NCBI GenBank assembly: GCA_002307725.1
Contig: DBUB01000007.1
Span: forward strand, 136,003-200,002
Length of the DNA: 64,000 nt
Reading direction: 5' to 3'
DNA from: Alphaproteobacteria bacterium UBA1301
GTDB lineage: Bacteria > Pseudomonadota > Alphaproteobacteria > Micropepsales > Micropepsaceae
A program made the translations under genes and the position numbers. Numbering within the stretch: the stretch's first letter is position 1; every line of letters starts with the position of its first letter. Shown in pieces: positions 17,410 through 28,143 of this stretch. The notes under the pieces were generated by a model, which saw only the letters and a list, made by a program, of their open reading frames with translations, was not told where the DNA came from and ran no database searches.

Positions 17410-19404
17410 ATGCGTATCGGGGTGGTAGCGGTTTTAACGGCATTGATGTGTTCGGCGGCGGCGGCCGATACGCCTGATCCGAGCGGCGTGCTGCAATATC
17501 CGGCATCGTTTTTCGCAACGGCCCGTCCCGCCACCGCCTATGACATGATCTCGCGCGTTCCCGGCTTTGTCTTCGATGACGGGGCTTCGGCGCGCGGCTT
17601 TGCCGGAACCGCCGGCAACGTCTTGATCGACGGCCAGCGCCCCACCTCCAAGACCAACGACCTTCAGGCGATTCTTTATCGCATTCCGGCCAGCGACGTC
17701 GAGCGCATCGAGCTGATCCGCGGTGGGGCACAAGGGATCGATATGCACGGTCAGTCGGTGGTGGCCAACGTGGTGCGCAAGACGACGGCGTCCACCCAGA
17801 TCGTGGTGGATATCACCAACGACATCTGGACCGACGGCCACATGATGCCTGCCGCTTCGGTACAACTCACCCACCGCACGGGTGCCGCCACCTACGAATT
17901 CGCGATCGAGACGTCGAACAGCTACGATGATTCTGTCGGTCACGGCTTCTACAACGTCACCGATGTGGCGAGCGCCACGACCCGCCATTACGACATGCGC
18001 TACACCAACTGGGGTCTTGGCTGGATGACCACCGGCGCCGCCACGGTGCCGCTGTGGGGTGGACAGTTCAAAGCCAATTTCACCGCTCAGGACAGTCCCG
18101 ACCGCTCGACCAACACCTATCTCAGCAGCGGCGACGATTTCCTCATCACCGACAACTGGGATTCCAAGCGGGGCGAAATCGGCTTGCACTGGACCGGTCC
18201 TATCGCCAACGCCGAACTGGAAACCCTGGTTTTGCAGCGCTTCGGGCGTGACACCGATTATCAGGTCCAGGACGCGATCGGCGACTTCGAAACGTTTTGG
18301 CAGCGCAATCGAACGATGGAAAGCATCGCCCGCGCCACGGTGCGCTATCGCCCCAACGCGGCTCTCACCTTGGAAAGCGGTTGGGAAGGGGCCTACAACC
18401 AGCTTGAAGGCGTTTCGACCTATGTCGTCAACGGCAGCGACGTGGCGCTGCCGTCGGCCAATGCCAACGTCAATGAAAAGCGCACCGAACTGTTTGCCCA
18501 AGCGGTGTGGACCATCACGCCGCAGTGGAAACTGGAGGCGGGTTCGCGCTTCGAATATTCGGTGATCAGCGACGAACTCCAGTCGCGCGAATTCTTCTAT
18601 CCCAAGCCGCACGTGTTGCTGTCGTGGTCGCCGGCATCGGAAACGCAAGTTCGTCTACGGGCCGAGCGCGTCCTCGGCCAGCTCGATTTTTCCAATTTCG
18701 TTGCCAGCTCCAGTTTGACGTCGACCGGCGTCGGCGCCGGCAATCCCAATCTCGCCCCCGACCGCCACTGGCAATACGAACTGGCGTTCGAGCATCACTT
18801 CTGGGAGAAGGGGGCGATCTCGCTGTCGCTGCTGCATGAGGATATCTCAGGCGTGCTCGACTACATTCCGGTGGTGACTGCATCGGGCAGTTACTCGGCG
18901 CCGGGCAATATCGGCGGCGGCCACAAGAACGTCGTCGATCTCGAAACAACGCTGCCGCTCGACAAAATCGGCTTCACCGGCGGCCGATTCAAAACCCAGA
19001 CCATATGGCGCCTCACCGGCGTGCGCGATCCGGCGACCGGCGAAACCCGACGCATTTCGGGTGTGCGTCCGCGCCAATTCAAGACCTGGCTGACCCAGGA
19101 TATCGAAAGCCTGCAATCGACCTGGAGCGTGTTCGTCTTCACCGGCTGGAACGAAGGATCGTACCGGCCGTTCCTGCAAAGCGAGCGCAAGGTGATCCCG
19201 ACCTACATCGAGCTGCAATGGGACTACAAGCCGACGCCGCAATGGATGTTTTCGGTGGCCGCCAAGAATGTTGGCCGCTTCAGCTACGACAACGTGACCG
19301 CGTTTTATTCCGGCTTGCGCGGTTCGGCGGCGCCCACCGAGATCACCGAGTTCAATGTGAAGTCGCAGGCGCGGCTGTACGTCGAAATCCGCCGCACGTT
19401 CTGA
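17410..19404 (+). CDS. TonB-dependent receptor-like outer membrane protein
   Basis: ORF 17317..19404 trimmed to MRIGVVAVLTALMCSAAAA (signal peptide). Plug-domain-like region DMISRVPGFVFDDG...GNVLIDGQRPTSK...VERIELIRGG, a long beta-rich body, and a C-terminal ...YVEIRRTF with terminal Phe. Confidence 0.8.
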   Translation: MRIGVVAVLTALMCSAAAADTPDPSGVLQYPASFFATARPATAYDMISRVPGFVFDDGASARGFAGTAGNVLIDGQRPTSKTNDLQAILYRIPASDVERIELIRGGAQGIDMHGQSVVANVVRKTTASTQIVVDITNDIWTDGHMMPAASVQLTHRTGAATYEFAIETSNSYDDSVGHGFYNVTDVASATTRHYDMRYTNWGLGWMTTGAATVPLWGGQFKANFTAQDSPDRSTNTYLSSGDDFLITDNWDSKRGEIGLHWTGPIANAELETLVLQRFGRDTDYQVQDAIGDFETFWQRNRTMESIARATVRYRPNAALTLESGWEGAYNQLEGVSTYVVNGSDVALPSANANVNEKRTELFAQAVWTITPQWKLEAGSRFEYSVISDELQSREFFYPKPHVLLSWSPASETQVRLRAERVLGQLDFSNFVASSSLTSTGVGAGNPNLAPDRHWQYELAFEHHFWEKGAISLSLLHEDISGVLDYIPVVTASGSYSAPGNIGGGHKNVVDLETTLPLDKIGFTGGRFKTQTIWRLTGVRDPATGETRRISGVRPRQFKTWLTQDIESLQSTWSVFVFTGWNEGSYRPFLQSERKVIPTYIELQWDYKPTPQWMFSVAAKNVGRFSYDNVTAFYSGLRGSAAPTEITEFNVKSQARLYVEIRRTF

Positions 19405-19467
19405 TCACAAAAAGGGGCAGCGAACGCATTTCCCGTCCGCTACCCCACTTCGCACATCGCTATTTGC

Positions 19468-21522
19468 TTATCCCGCCTTGGCGTCTTCTTTTGCTTTTTT
19501 GCGTTCGGCGACGATGGTGTCGGCGGTTTTTCCGGAGATTTCGGCGAGGTGATCGAACGCCATCTCGAAAGTGCCGACGCCTTGGGTCAGGCTCCTCAGT
19601 TCGATGATCAAATTGCCGATCTCGTTTTGCGGCATCTCGGCTTCGACCGTGTCCCAGCCTTTCCAGCCCGGCCGGGCGTCGTAACCGAGGAGCTGGCCGC
19701 GCCGTCCCGAGACTACCGCGTTGATCTTCGATGTGGTGTCGTTGGGGATATGGATTTTCACCTTCGCGACCGGCTCGAGTAGCACCGGCGCGCACTGGGG
19801 CATACCTTCCTGCATGCCGATGCGTGCCGCGGTCTGGAACGCCGCGTCGGACGAGTCCACGGTGTGGAACGAGCCATCGTTCAGCGTCACCGAAAGGTCC
19901 ACCACGGGGAAACCGAGTGGGCCTTCATCGAGATAGGCGGTCACACCTTTTTCGACCGACGGGATGAATTGCTTAGGCACCACACCGCCGACGATATCGT
20001 CGATGAAGGCAAAGCCGGCGCCGCGCGGTTGCGGCTTGATTTCGAGCACGCAATCGCCGAATTGGCCGTGACCGCCCGACTGGCGCTTATGCCGCCCGCG
20101 CACCGTCACCGGCTTGCGGATGGTTTCCTTGTACGGCACCGAGGCCGGCTTGGTGTTGAGCTTGAGGCCGTAGCGGCTCATCAGCTTGTCCACCGCCACG
20201 CGCAAGTGGATTTCGCCTTGGCCTGACAGGGTCATTTCGTGCAGTTCGGAATCCTGCGCAAACCTCAGCGAGGGGTCTTCCTCGATCAGCTTGTGGAGGG
20301 CGGCCGTCAGCTTCACTTCGTCGGCGCGATTGGCGGCCTGGATGGCGAGCTTGTAGACCGGCGTCAGCACTTCGATCTCGGCCTTCTTCGGCGGCGCCTT
20401 GGCGGTCGAAAGCGTGGCGCCGGTGGTGATGCCTTCGAGGCGTGCGAGCGCGACCGTCTCGCCGGCTTTGGCTTCGGCGAGCTTGGTCTGGCTGGTGCCG
20501 AGGAGCTGCGAGATGCCACCGACGCGGGTTTCTTCGCCGTCGGAAGTTTTCAGTACCGCGCCGTCCTTGAGGTTGCCTTGCATGACGCGGGCGATGGAAA
20601 GTTTGCCGCCGCGTTCGGAATAAACCGTCTTCAGCACCTGCACAGTGGTGTCGGTGCCTTCCGGAATACCCAAACGCCTGGCCGCGACCGAAACGTCGGG
20701 GCTGTCATGGCGTAGCGCCTTCAGGACGCGCGTGATGCCCTGATTGCGTTCGGCCGAGCCGATGAACACCGGTACCACCAAGCCATTGGAGAATTCACGT
20801 TTGATGTCGCCGAACACTTCATCGCGTTCCGGTTCCTGATCGGAGAGCAATTCTTCCATCAAGTGCTCGTCGTAATCGGCGAGCTTTTCCAGCATCGAAT
20901 AGCGGGCCTGCTTTTCCTCGTCGGGATCGGAGATGTCGACCCGCTCGGACGGTTTGCCGTCGCGATAGGCAAAGGCGCGTTCGAGCGCCAGATCGATGAA
21001 GCCCGTGATTTGCTCGTTCTGCCAAATGGGGATTTGGCGGAGCAACAGCGGGGTGTCGCTGGCGTCTTGCAAGGCGGCGAGGATGTCGGTCAACGTCCCT
21101 TGGGCCTTGTCGATCTTGTTGACGAACATCATGTGCGGGACTTTGAGGTCCGACAGCCGCTTCATGTACGGCTTCAACATCTGGACCTTGGCCGGTTCGG
21201 GCTCGATTACCACGATGGCGGCGTCGATGCCGTAAAACGTAAACAGGCTGTCCTGCAGAAACTCGATGGAACCCGGGCAGTCGAGGAACGTGAAATTCTG
21301 GTCCATGAACGTGGTCGTCGCGCAACTGACTTCGACGCTCATCTGGCGCGCCCGCGCTTCGGGGCTGGAGTCACCGACCGTGTTGTTCTGGGAGACTGAT
21401 CCCTTGCGGGCGGTCGTTCCGTTGGCGAATAGAACGGCTTCGAGCAGCGTGGTCTTGCCGGAGCCGTATGGTCCTACCAGGGCCACGGTTCGTGGCCCTC
21501 TTCCTCCATTTGCACTCGACAT
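19468..21522 (-). CDS. elongation factor G paralog (EF-G-like translational GTPase)
   Basis: 684 aa. G1 GPYGSGKTT, G3 DCPGSIEF, G4 VNKIDKA, then EF-G domains II-V (GDCVLEIKP..., HTVDSSDAAFQ...). The G1 differs from the canonical AHIDAGKTT of housekeeping FusA. Confidence 0.85.
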   Translation of the reverse strand: MSSANGGRGPRTVALVGPYGSGKTTLLEAVLFANGTTARKGSVSQNNTVGDSSPEARARQMSVEVSCATTTFMDQNFTFLDCPGSIEFLQDSLFTFYGIDAAIVVIEPEPAKVQMLKPYMKRLSDLKVPHMMFVNKIDKAQGTLTDILAALQDASDTPLLLRQIPIWQNEQITGFIDLALERAFAYRDGKPSERVDISDPDEEKQARYSMLEKLADYDEHLMEELLSDQEPERDEVFGDIKREFSNGLVVPVFIGSAERNQGITRVLKALRHDSPDVSVAARRLGIPEGTDTTVQVLKTVYSERGGKLSIARVMQGNLKDGAVLKTSDGEETRVGGISQLLGTSQTKLAEAKAGETVALARLEGITTGATLSTAKAPPKKAEIEVLTPVYKLAIQAANRADEVKLTAALHKLIEEDPSLRFAQDSELHEMTLSGQGEIHLRVAVDKLMSRYGLKLNTKPASVPYKETIRKPVTVRGRHKRQSGGHGQFGDCVLEIKPQPRGAGFAFIDDIVGGVVPKQFIPSVEKGVTAYLDEGPLGFPVVDLSVTLNDGSFHTVDSSDAAFQTAARIGMQEGMPQCAPVLLEPVAKVKIHIPNDTTSKINAVVSGRRGQLLGYDARPGWKGWDTVEAEMPQNEIGNLIIELRSLTQGVGTFEMAFDHLAEISGKTADTIVAERKKAKEDAKAG

Positions 21523-21761
21523 TATTGGCCTCCTTCGGACCCTGCGGGATTGAGGGTCCGGGGGGGCGCGGCGGGCGCTGGTCCCGGTGACTGGGCCGCG
21601 TCACGCGCCCCGTTTTTGGTCCCGAAACCCTCGCGCTGAAATTGAACCTTGGCAAGGGGGCCGGCAGGGGCGGACAGGCGTTATTCCGCCCCCTTTGCCG
21701 CAGCCTGGGAAGGAGGGTAGCCTCTTATACTGCCGCCGCCGTCAACCCCTTGAGGTTCAAT

Positions 21762-23135
21762 GTGTCCGAACGCGTAACGCCCGATTCCGCGAAGAGTGGC
21801 CGCGCCACTCACCCAGCGCTGTTCCTTTTGATGTTTGTGCCAATGGGCATCTCCAACGGTTTTGTGGCGGTGACACTGGGCTTCCTTTTGGCCGCGGCCG
21901 GGGTCGGTGTTGATGCCATCGCGATGCTGGGGGTGTGGTCGCTGCTGCCGCAGCTTTTCAAGGTGATCGGCGGGCCGCTGGTGGACGCCACCCTGACCAA
22001 CAAGGTCTGGTATTTTCTTTCGGCCGTGGTTACCGGACTGTTGATCGCGGCGACCGGCTTCGTGCCGGCTTCGGCCTCGCATCTGCCGCTGATCACCGTT
22101 CTGGTGTTCGTGATCAGTGTCGCGTCGGCGTTCTCAGCGCTGGCGGCCGACAGCATCATGGCCCATGCCACCAACCCCGAAGAGAAGGGCCGCGCCGGGG
22201 GGTGGAGCCAGGCGGGCAATCTCGGCGGTTCGGCGATCGGCGGTGGCCTCGGATTGTGGCTGGCGCAGAACCTGACACCGGCCGGTGACCTTGCGGTCGG
22301 CGCCTGGCTGACCCGGCATACCGGTCTCACGTGGTTCACGGGTGCCGCCGTGTGGATGGGCCATCACGTCGAAGCGGCGGTGATCGGCGCCAGTGCGGCA
22401 GGCTTGTTGTGCCTGTTATCGGCGCTAGCTTTGTTCTTGGTGCACGAGCCGCCAATGGGCCATCGCGAGGCCGGGTTCTTCAAGAGCATCACCAATGTCG
22501 GCAAAGATCTTTGGGTCCTGATCAAGTCGCGCCGCGGGCTTCTCGCGCTGGTGGCGATGTGCCTGCCGATTAGCGCCGCCGCCATGACACAACTGTGGTC
22601 GGCCGTGGCGCAGGACTGGCACGCGAGCGCCAATTGGGTCGTGCTGATCAACGGCATGCTCGGCGGTGTCATCACCATGGCGGGCTGCATCGTCGGCGGC
22701 TGGGTTTGCGACCGCATGAACCGCATGGTCGCCTTCAACCTGTTCAGCCTCATCACTTCGGCGCTGGTGCTGATGACCGCGTTCTCGCCGCGCACCGAGG
22801 CGATGTATATCCTCTATGTCGGGCTCTATCAGTTGATTGCCGGATTCTGTTACGCCGCGTTTGGCGCGGTGGTGCTGGAAGCGATCGGCAAGGGCGCCGC
22901 GGCGACCAAGTACAATCTCCTCGCCGGTATTGCCAACGGTCCGATCATGTATCTGTCGTGGCTCGACGGGCAGGCGCATGTCTGGCACGCCCCGTCCTGG
23001 CTGCCGCAGGACGGCACGACCTTGATGTTGCTGACGGAGGCTTTGGTGCCGGTGGCCGGGACGTTGGTTTTGCTGACGTTCTATTTTGCGACCAGACCGC
23101 TCTACCGGGGTAGGACGGCGAGCCCTACCGGTTGA
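21762..23135 (+). CDS. MFS-type transporter (12-TM; AmpG/PucC/BT1-like)
   Basis: ORF 21642..23135. The hydrophobic core begins around ALFLLMFVPMGISNGF. I place the start at the GTG at 21762 (VSERVTPDS...), but 21642 cannot be excluded. Confidence 0.7.
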   Translation: MSERVTPDSAKSGRATHPALFLLMFVPMGISNGFVAVTLGFLLAAAGVGVDAIAMLGVWSLLPQLFKVIGGPLVDATLTNKVWYFLSAVVTGLLIAATGFVPASASHLPLITVLVFVISVASAFSALAADSIMAHATNPEEKGRAGGWSQAGNLGGSAIGGGLGLWLAQNLTPAGDLAVGAWLTRHTGLTWFTGAAVWMGHHVEAAVIGASAAGLLCLLSALALFLVHEPPMGHREAGFFKSITNVGKDLWVLIKSRRGLLALVAMCLPISAAAMTQLWSAVAQDWHASANWVVLINGMLGGVITMAGCIVGGWVCDRMNRMVAFNLFSLITSALVLMTAFSPRTEAMYILYVGLYQLIAGFCYAAFGAVVLEAIGKGAAATKYNLLAGIANGPIMYLSWLDGQAHVWHAPSWLPQDGTTLMLLTEALVPVAGTLVLLTFYFATRPLYRGRTASPTG

Positions 23136-23643
23136 TCAGCACGCTGTACAGGCGCGGCAGCGATTGGCCGTGATCGCGGACGAGATGGGCCAGCGAGTCC
23201 TTGGGTCCATCCACTTCGACACCGGCGCCGCGTAGCTTGGTCACGGCCTCGTCGGCGGTCAGACCAAGGGCGGGGGCGGAAGCGGAAATCGGGGCATCGG
23301 CGACGCGATTGAGCACGATCCAAGGGCCGCCACGCTGGCCGCCGTGACCGCCTTGGCCACCGGCCGGGAACGCCGTGACGATCAATGCGATGGCGATGGC
23401 GGCGCCAATGCCAGCGGTGGCCTTGGCCGCGGTCGATTGGAACATGTGCCCCAGGCCTTTCCAATTGCGGACGATGTGCATCAGGATGGCGGCCACGAAG
23501 GCAACGCCGATCCACTCGTGGATTTCCCCGATCTGGCCGCGAACACCGAACAAGAGCATCAGGCCGGTGATCGATACGGCAAGGCTGGTGACGAGGCTTA
23601 ACGGCGTGGCGTATTTGCGCAGGAATTCCATAGCTGGCTCCAT
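23125..23643 (-). CDS. DUF4405-like membrane protein
   Basis: 172 aa. Two or three TM helices with conserved His (EIHEWIGVAFVAAILMHIVRNWK) and a soluble C-terminal tail. 3' end overlaps the MFS gene end by 11 nt (convergent). Confidence 0.6.
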   Translation of the reverse strand: MEPAMEFLRKYATPLSLVTSLAVSITGLMLLFGVRGQIGEIHEWIGVAFVAAILMHIVRNWKGLGHMFQSTAAKATAGIGAAIAIALIVTAFPAGGQGGHGGQRGGPWIVLNRVADAPISASAPALGLTADEAVTKLRGAGVEVDGPKDSLAHLVRDHGQSLPRLYSVLINR

Positions 23644-23730
23644 GAAGGTGCTGGCCTCTTCAACGCAACACCTTACCCGTTTCCGTTGCCGGAAATGTGT
23701 CGGTTCACACCGATGTGAGGCGCTTTGCCT

Positions 23731-24972
<1,242 letters not shown>

Positions 24973-25206
24973 TCACGAAAGTGGCGCCAATCGCGACAGC
25001 GTATTTGGCGGGTTTCCGTCAGAAAGCGCGACAATTCAAGAATCTAGAGCATTTCACCCGATTCAACGACGCGATGAAATGCGCGAGCCCGGCGGCAGGG
25101 TGTCGCCGCACTGGCATATTCGCAAGAGCAGGTTAGAATTATTCACGATTGTTACCGTTTTTAAAGACTTTGCGGCATATTATCTTCGGTGCGAGGAATA
25201 GCGGTC

Positions 25207-25653
25207 ATGCGCCGGTTTGCAATCCTTCTGATTGCCGGTCTTGTCCTGGCAGGGTGCTCCAAGTCCCACCAGGTTCCCGCTGGACGTTGGATCGGCCATT
25301 ACGAATCGTCTTCGGTTATGGTTGTGGCGTGGCTGGAGATTACGCCGCGGGGAGACGTCCGGATCAGCGCGCCCGATTTCCTGGACCCTGGCGAACCCAC
25401 CGACGAGCAGCGCGAGGCAGCTCACACGCGCTTGGCGAACCAACTCTATGACGGCTGGGGCAACATCCCGTCGCGCCATTACGAGTTCAACGGGCACGTC
25501 TTCCGCAAACCCGGCGGCTTCGCGCCGCAGATGGAATGGAACCCCGTGACCAAGCAAATGAAGGTCGTGTTCTATTTCGGCATGCAGCGCTCGATCCGCA
25601 TCGCGATGCAGCCAGTCAAGGAATTCACCGAAGACACTTGGCTGCCGCAGTAA
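25207..25653 (+). CDS. hypothetical lipoprotein
   Basis: ORF 25189..25653 trimmed to MRRFAILLIAGLVLAGCSK (lipobox LAGC). Confidence 0.6.
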   Translation: MRRFAILLIAGLVLAGCSKSHQVPAGRWIGHYESSSVMVVAWLEITPRGDVRISAPDFLDPGEPTDEQREAAHTRLANQLYDGWGNIPSRHYEFNGHVFRKPGGFAPQMEWNPVTKQMKVVFYFGMQRSIRIAMQPVKEFTEDTWLPQ

Positions 25654-25664
25654 ACGCCGCTCTC

Positions 25665-26012
25665 TCACTTCCACTCGTGAAACGCGAAAAACGCCGCGCC
25701 AACCAAGAGCGCGAAGGCGACGATGTGATTCCACCGAATCGCTTCGCCGAGATAGAATGTCGAGAACACCGCGAACACACCGAGCGTGATCACTTCCTGC
25801 ATGGTCTTGAGTTGAGCCGCCGAATAGACGGTGTAGCCGATGCGGTTGGCGGGTACGGCAAGGCAGTATTCGAACAAGGCGATGCCCCAGCTCACCGGGA
25901 TCACCAGCCACAACGACACGGACGGGAACTTAAGTTGGCCGTACCAGGCGAACGTCATGAACACGTTGGAACACAACAACAGAATCACGGGCGCTACAAA
26001 CGGCCAACGCAT
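25665..26012 (-). CDS. DMT superfamily small membrane protein (DUF486 family)
   Basis: 115 aa with four hydrophobic helices. MRWPFVAPVILLLCSNVFMTFAWYGQLKF is typical of DUF486. Confidence 0.75.
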   Translation of the reverse strand: MRWPFVAPVILLLCSNVFMTFAWYGQLKFPSVSLWLVIPVSWGIALFEYCLAVPANRIGYTVYSAAQLKTMQEVITLGVFAVFSTFYLGEAIRWNHIVAFALLVGAAFFAFHEWK

Positions 26013-26288
26013 CTACCGGCATCCTTTCGTTAGCGGCGGTAACATCTCTGTGCCTGCCTCGTGCCGCCGCAATATTGGTCACGAGACTGCCGTCCGGCCC
26101 CGGGTTGCGACATACGGTTACAAATCGGGCCGGTCCGGCCCTTCCGCTCCTGCCCGGTGCGCTTCAATCTAGCCCGTACCGCACAAGAGGCGGGTAGAGA
26201 TAGAGACGCCGCCGCGAGGACCTGCCGGTTTTCAGTGGGAACAAGCGGCGACCAGACTGTGCTTTCATCGGCGCTCCACCACGCAGGC

Positions 26289-26350
26289 ACAGTCGTCAGG
26301 ACGGCCGGACCTCTTCGGGGTCCCCAAGACCGGGAGTTATCCGGCCGTCC
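26289..26350 (+). terminator. compound GC-rich hairpin followed by T5 (orphan intrinsic terminator)
   Basis: ggacggccgg ... ccggccgtcc outer stem enclosing ggacct-cttcg-gggtcc and ccgg-gagttat-ccgg, then gcccc-ttttt. There is no plus-strand CDS upstream. Confidence 0.5.
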
Positions 26351-26499
26351 GCCCCTTTTTGTGTGGCTTCTACGCAATTGCCCTAAGGAAAAGTTTCCTG
26401 TTCTCACATAAGTCAGAGAAACATGTTGTCGAACGCCGGTTTCAGACCATATTGAACGTTTGACGGCCATATCCCGCGGCCTGTGAGCGAGCAATTCTC

Positions 26500-27975
26500 A
26501 TGAAAATTCTATCAAATAGCGTTTCCGTCCTAGTCTTGGCTTTTGCCCTCGGGGCCTGTGCTACAACCCCCCCGCCAACCGTAAAACCCGAAGACATGCC
26601 GAAGGCTTATCAGGCCCCGACGCCCGAAACCGACAAACAGGTCTCGGCCGACTGGTGGAAAAGCTTCGAGTCCCCGGAGCTGACCGCCTTCATCGACGAG
26701 GCCCACAGTGGCAATCTTGATCTTGCCACCGCCGCCGCGCGGTTGGAGCAGGCCCAGGCCCAGGCCGGTTCGGCGACAGCCGATCTGTTGCCGACGGTCC
26801 AGTTGACCGGCTCGGCCAAGCAGATCGGTTCCCATGCTACCAAGCCCTCCAACACCTTCGGCCTGAACGGCGCCGCCAGCTACGAGCTCGACGTCTGGGG
26901 CAAGAACTTCAACGGCTACCGTTCCGGCCGCGAAGGCGCCCGCGCCGCGCAGTACTACCAGGACACCACCTTGCTCACGACGAATGCCAACGTCGCCAAC
27001 GCCTATTTCACGGTGCTGGCCCTGCGCGAGCGCATCGACGTCGCCCGCAAGAACGTCGAAGCGGCCAAGCGCATTCTGGCGATCACTCAGGCCAAAGTGT
27101 CCAACGGCGTGTTGTCGAACCTCGAACTGGCGCAGCAGACCGCGACGGTTCTGGGCGAAGAAGCCACCATCCCGGCGCTCGTGGAGCAGGAACGCGAAGA
27201 GCTCAACGCCCTCGCTATTCTGCTCGGCCGCCTGCCCGGCACGCTCAAGGTCGACGCCGCCAGTCTTGAGAATCTGGCTGCTCCGCCAGTGCAGGCTGGT
27301 CTTCCTGCGACCCTTCTCACCCGTCGTCCCGACGTCAAGCAGGCCGAGTCCAGCCTGATGGCGGCCCATGCCGATCTCGACGCGGCTCGCGCGGCGTTTC
27401 TGCCCGGTGTTGACCTAACGGCTGGCGGCGGCTGGTCGAAAGGCGTGATGACCGGATTGATCAGCCCGCAGACGCTGGCATGGAACCTCGGCGCCAGCGT
27501 GGTGCAGACCATCTTCGATGGCGGCAAGCTGACCTCGAGCCGCGACTACTACAAGGGCGTCGAACACGAGTTGCTCGCGTCCTATCGCAGCGCGGTGCTG
27601 AGCGCCTTGAGCGACACCGAAACCCAACTCGGCAGCGTATCGGCCTATTCCGAGCAGGAACGGCTGACCACCGAGCAGGTGAAGAATGCGCAGGAAGCAT
27701 TCCGCATCTCCGAGCTGCAATACCGCGAAGGCGTGGTCGATCTTTTGACCGTGCTGCAGGCGCAGCAGACGCTGTTCACGGCGCAGGATTCGCTGATCCA
27801 GATCAAGCTGGCGCGGCTGCAGTCGGGCGTCGGCCTCTATCGCGCCCTTGGCGGCGGCTGGGATGTGACGAAGGACGAAGACAAGCCCTTGCGCAATACC
27901 TTCATCCCGGTGCCGGATCTGACCGATCTGCCGATCCCCGATCCGACCCAGCTTTCGGCATCGTTGCCGTTCTGA
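26500..27975 (+). CDS. efflux transporter outer membrane factor lipoprotein, NodT family
   Basis: 491 aa. Lipobox LGAC, WWKSFESPEL near the N-terminus, two OEP repeats, and C-terminal LYRALGGGW. Confidence 0.9.
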   Translation: MKILSNSVSVLVLAFALGACATTPPPTVKPEDMPKAYQAPTPETDKQVSADWWKSFESPELTAFIDEAHSGNLDLATAAARLEQAQAQAGSATADLLPTVQLTGSAKQIGSHATKPSNTFGLNGAASYELDVWGKNFNGYRSGREGARAAQYYQDTTLLTTNANVANAYFTVLALRERIDVARKNVEAAKRILAITQAKVSNGVLSNLELAQQTATVLGEEATIPALVEQEREELNALAILLGRLPGTLKVDAASLENLAAPPVQAGLPATLLTRRPDVKQAESSLMAAHADLDAARAAFLPGVDLTAGGGWSKGVMTGLISPQTLAWNLGASVVQTIFDGGKLTSSRDYYKGVEHELLASYRSAVLSALSDTETQLGSVSAYSEQERLTTEQVKNAQEAFRISELQYREGVVDLLTVLQAQQTLFTAQDSLIQIKLARLQSGVGLYRALGGGWDVTKDEDKPLRNTFIPVPDLTDLPIPDPTQLSASLPF

Positions 27976-27986
27976 AGATAATGACG

Positions 27987-28013
27987 AAAAGGCCCGCCTC
28001 GGCGGGCCTTTTT
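27987..28013 (+). terminator. Rho-independent terminator after the NodT gene
   Basis: aaaaggcccgcc-tc-ggcgggcc followed by ttttt. Confidence 0.75.
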
Positions 28014-28143
28014 GATTGGGGGCCGTCGGCACTCCTGAATTGCCCTCAACGGGTTACGCTATGAAGCCACGGCATTGCCCGATGGCATAGGCCTAGCCGA
28101 TATGACCGCACCCCGCTAATAATGGCCCCAGGATGGGAGTTCG

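Noticed and set aside
26040-26355. Tested as tmRNA (one- or two-piece), RNase P RNA, SRP/4.5S RNA, 6S RNA, cobalamin riboswitch and ZTP riboswitch
   Set aside because: By eye, none of the invariant blocks is present on either strand. The blocks checked were T-arm GGTTCGA...CCA, a tag ORF, GAGGAAAGUCCGG, GGUCCGGAAGGAAGCAGC, and GCCACUG together with GGGAA and the B12 box in the proper order. The region is kept only as an unidentified structured-RNA candidate.
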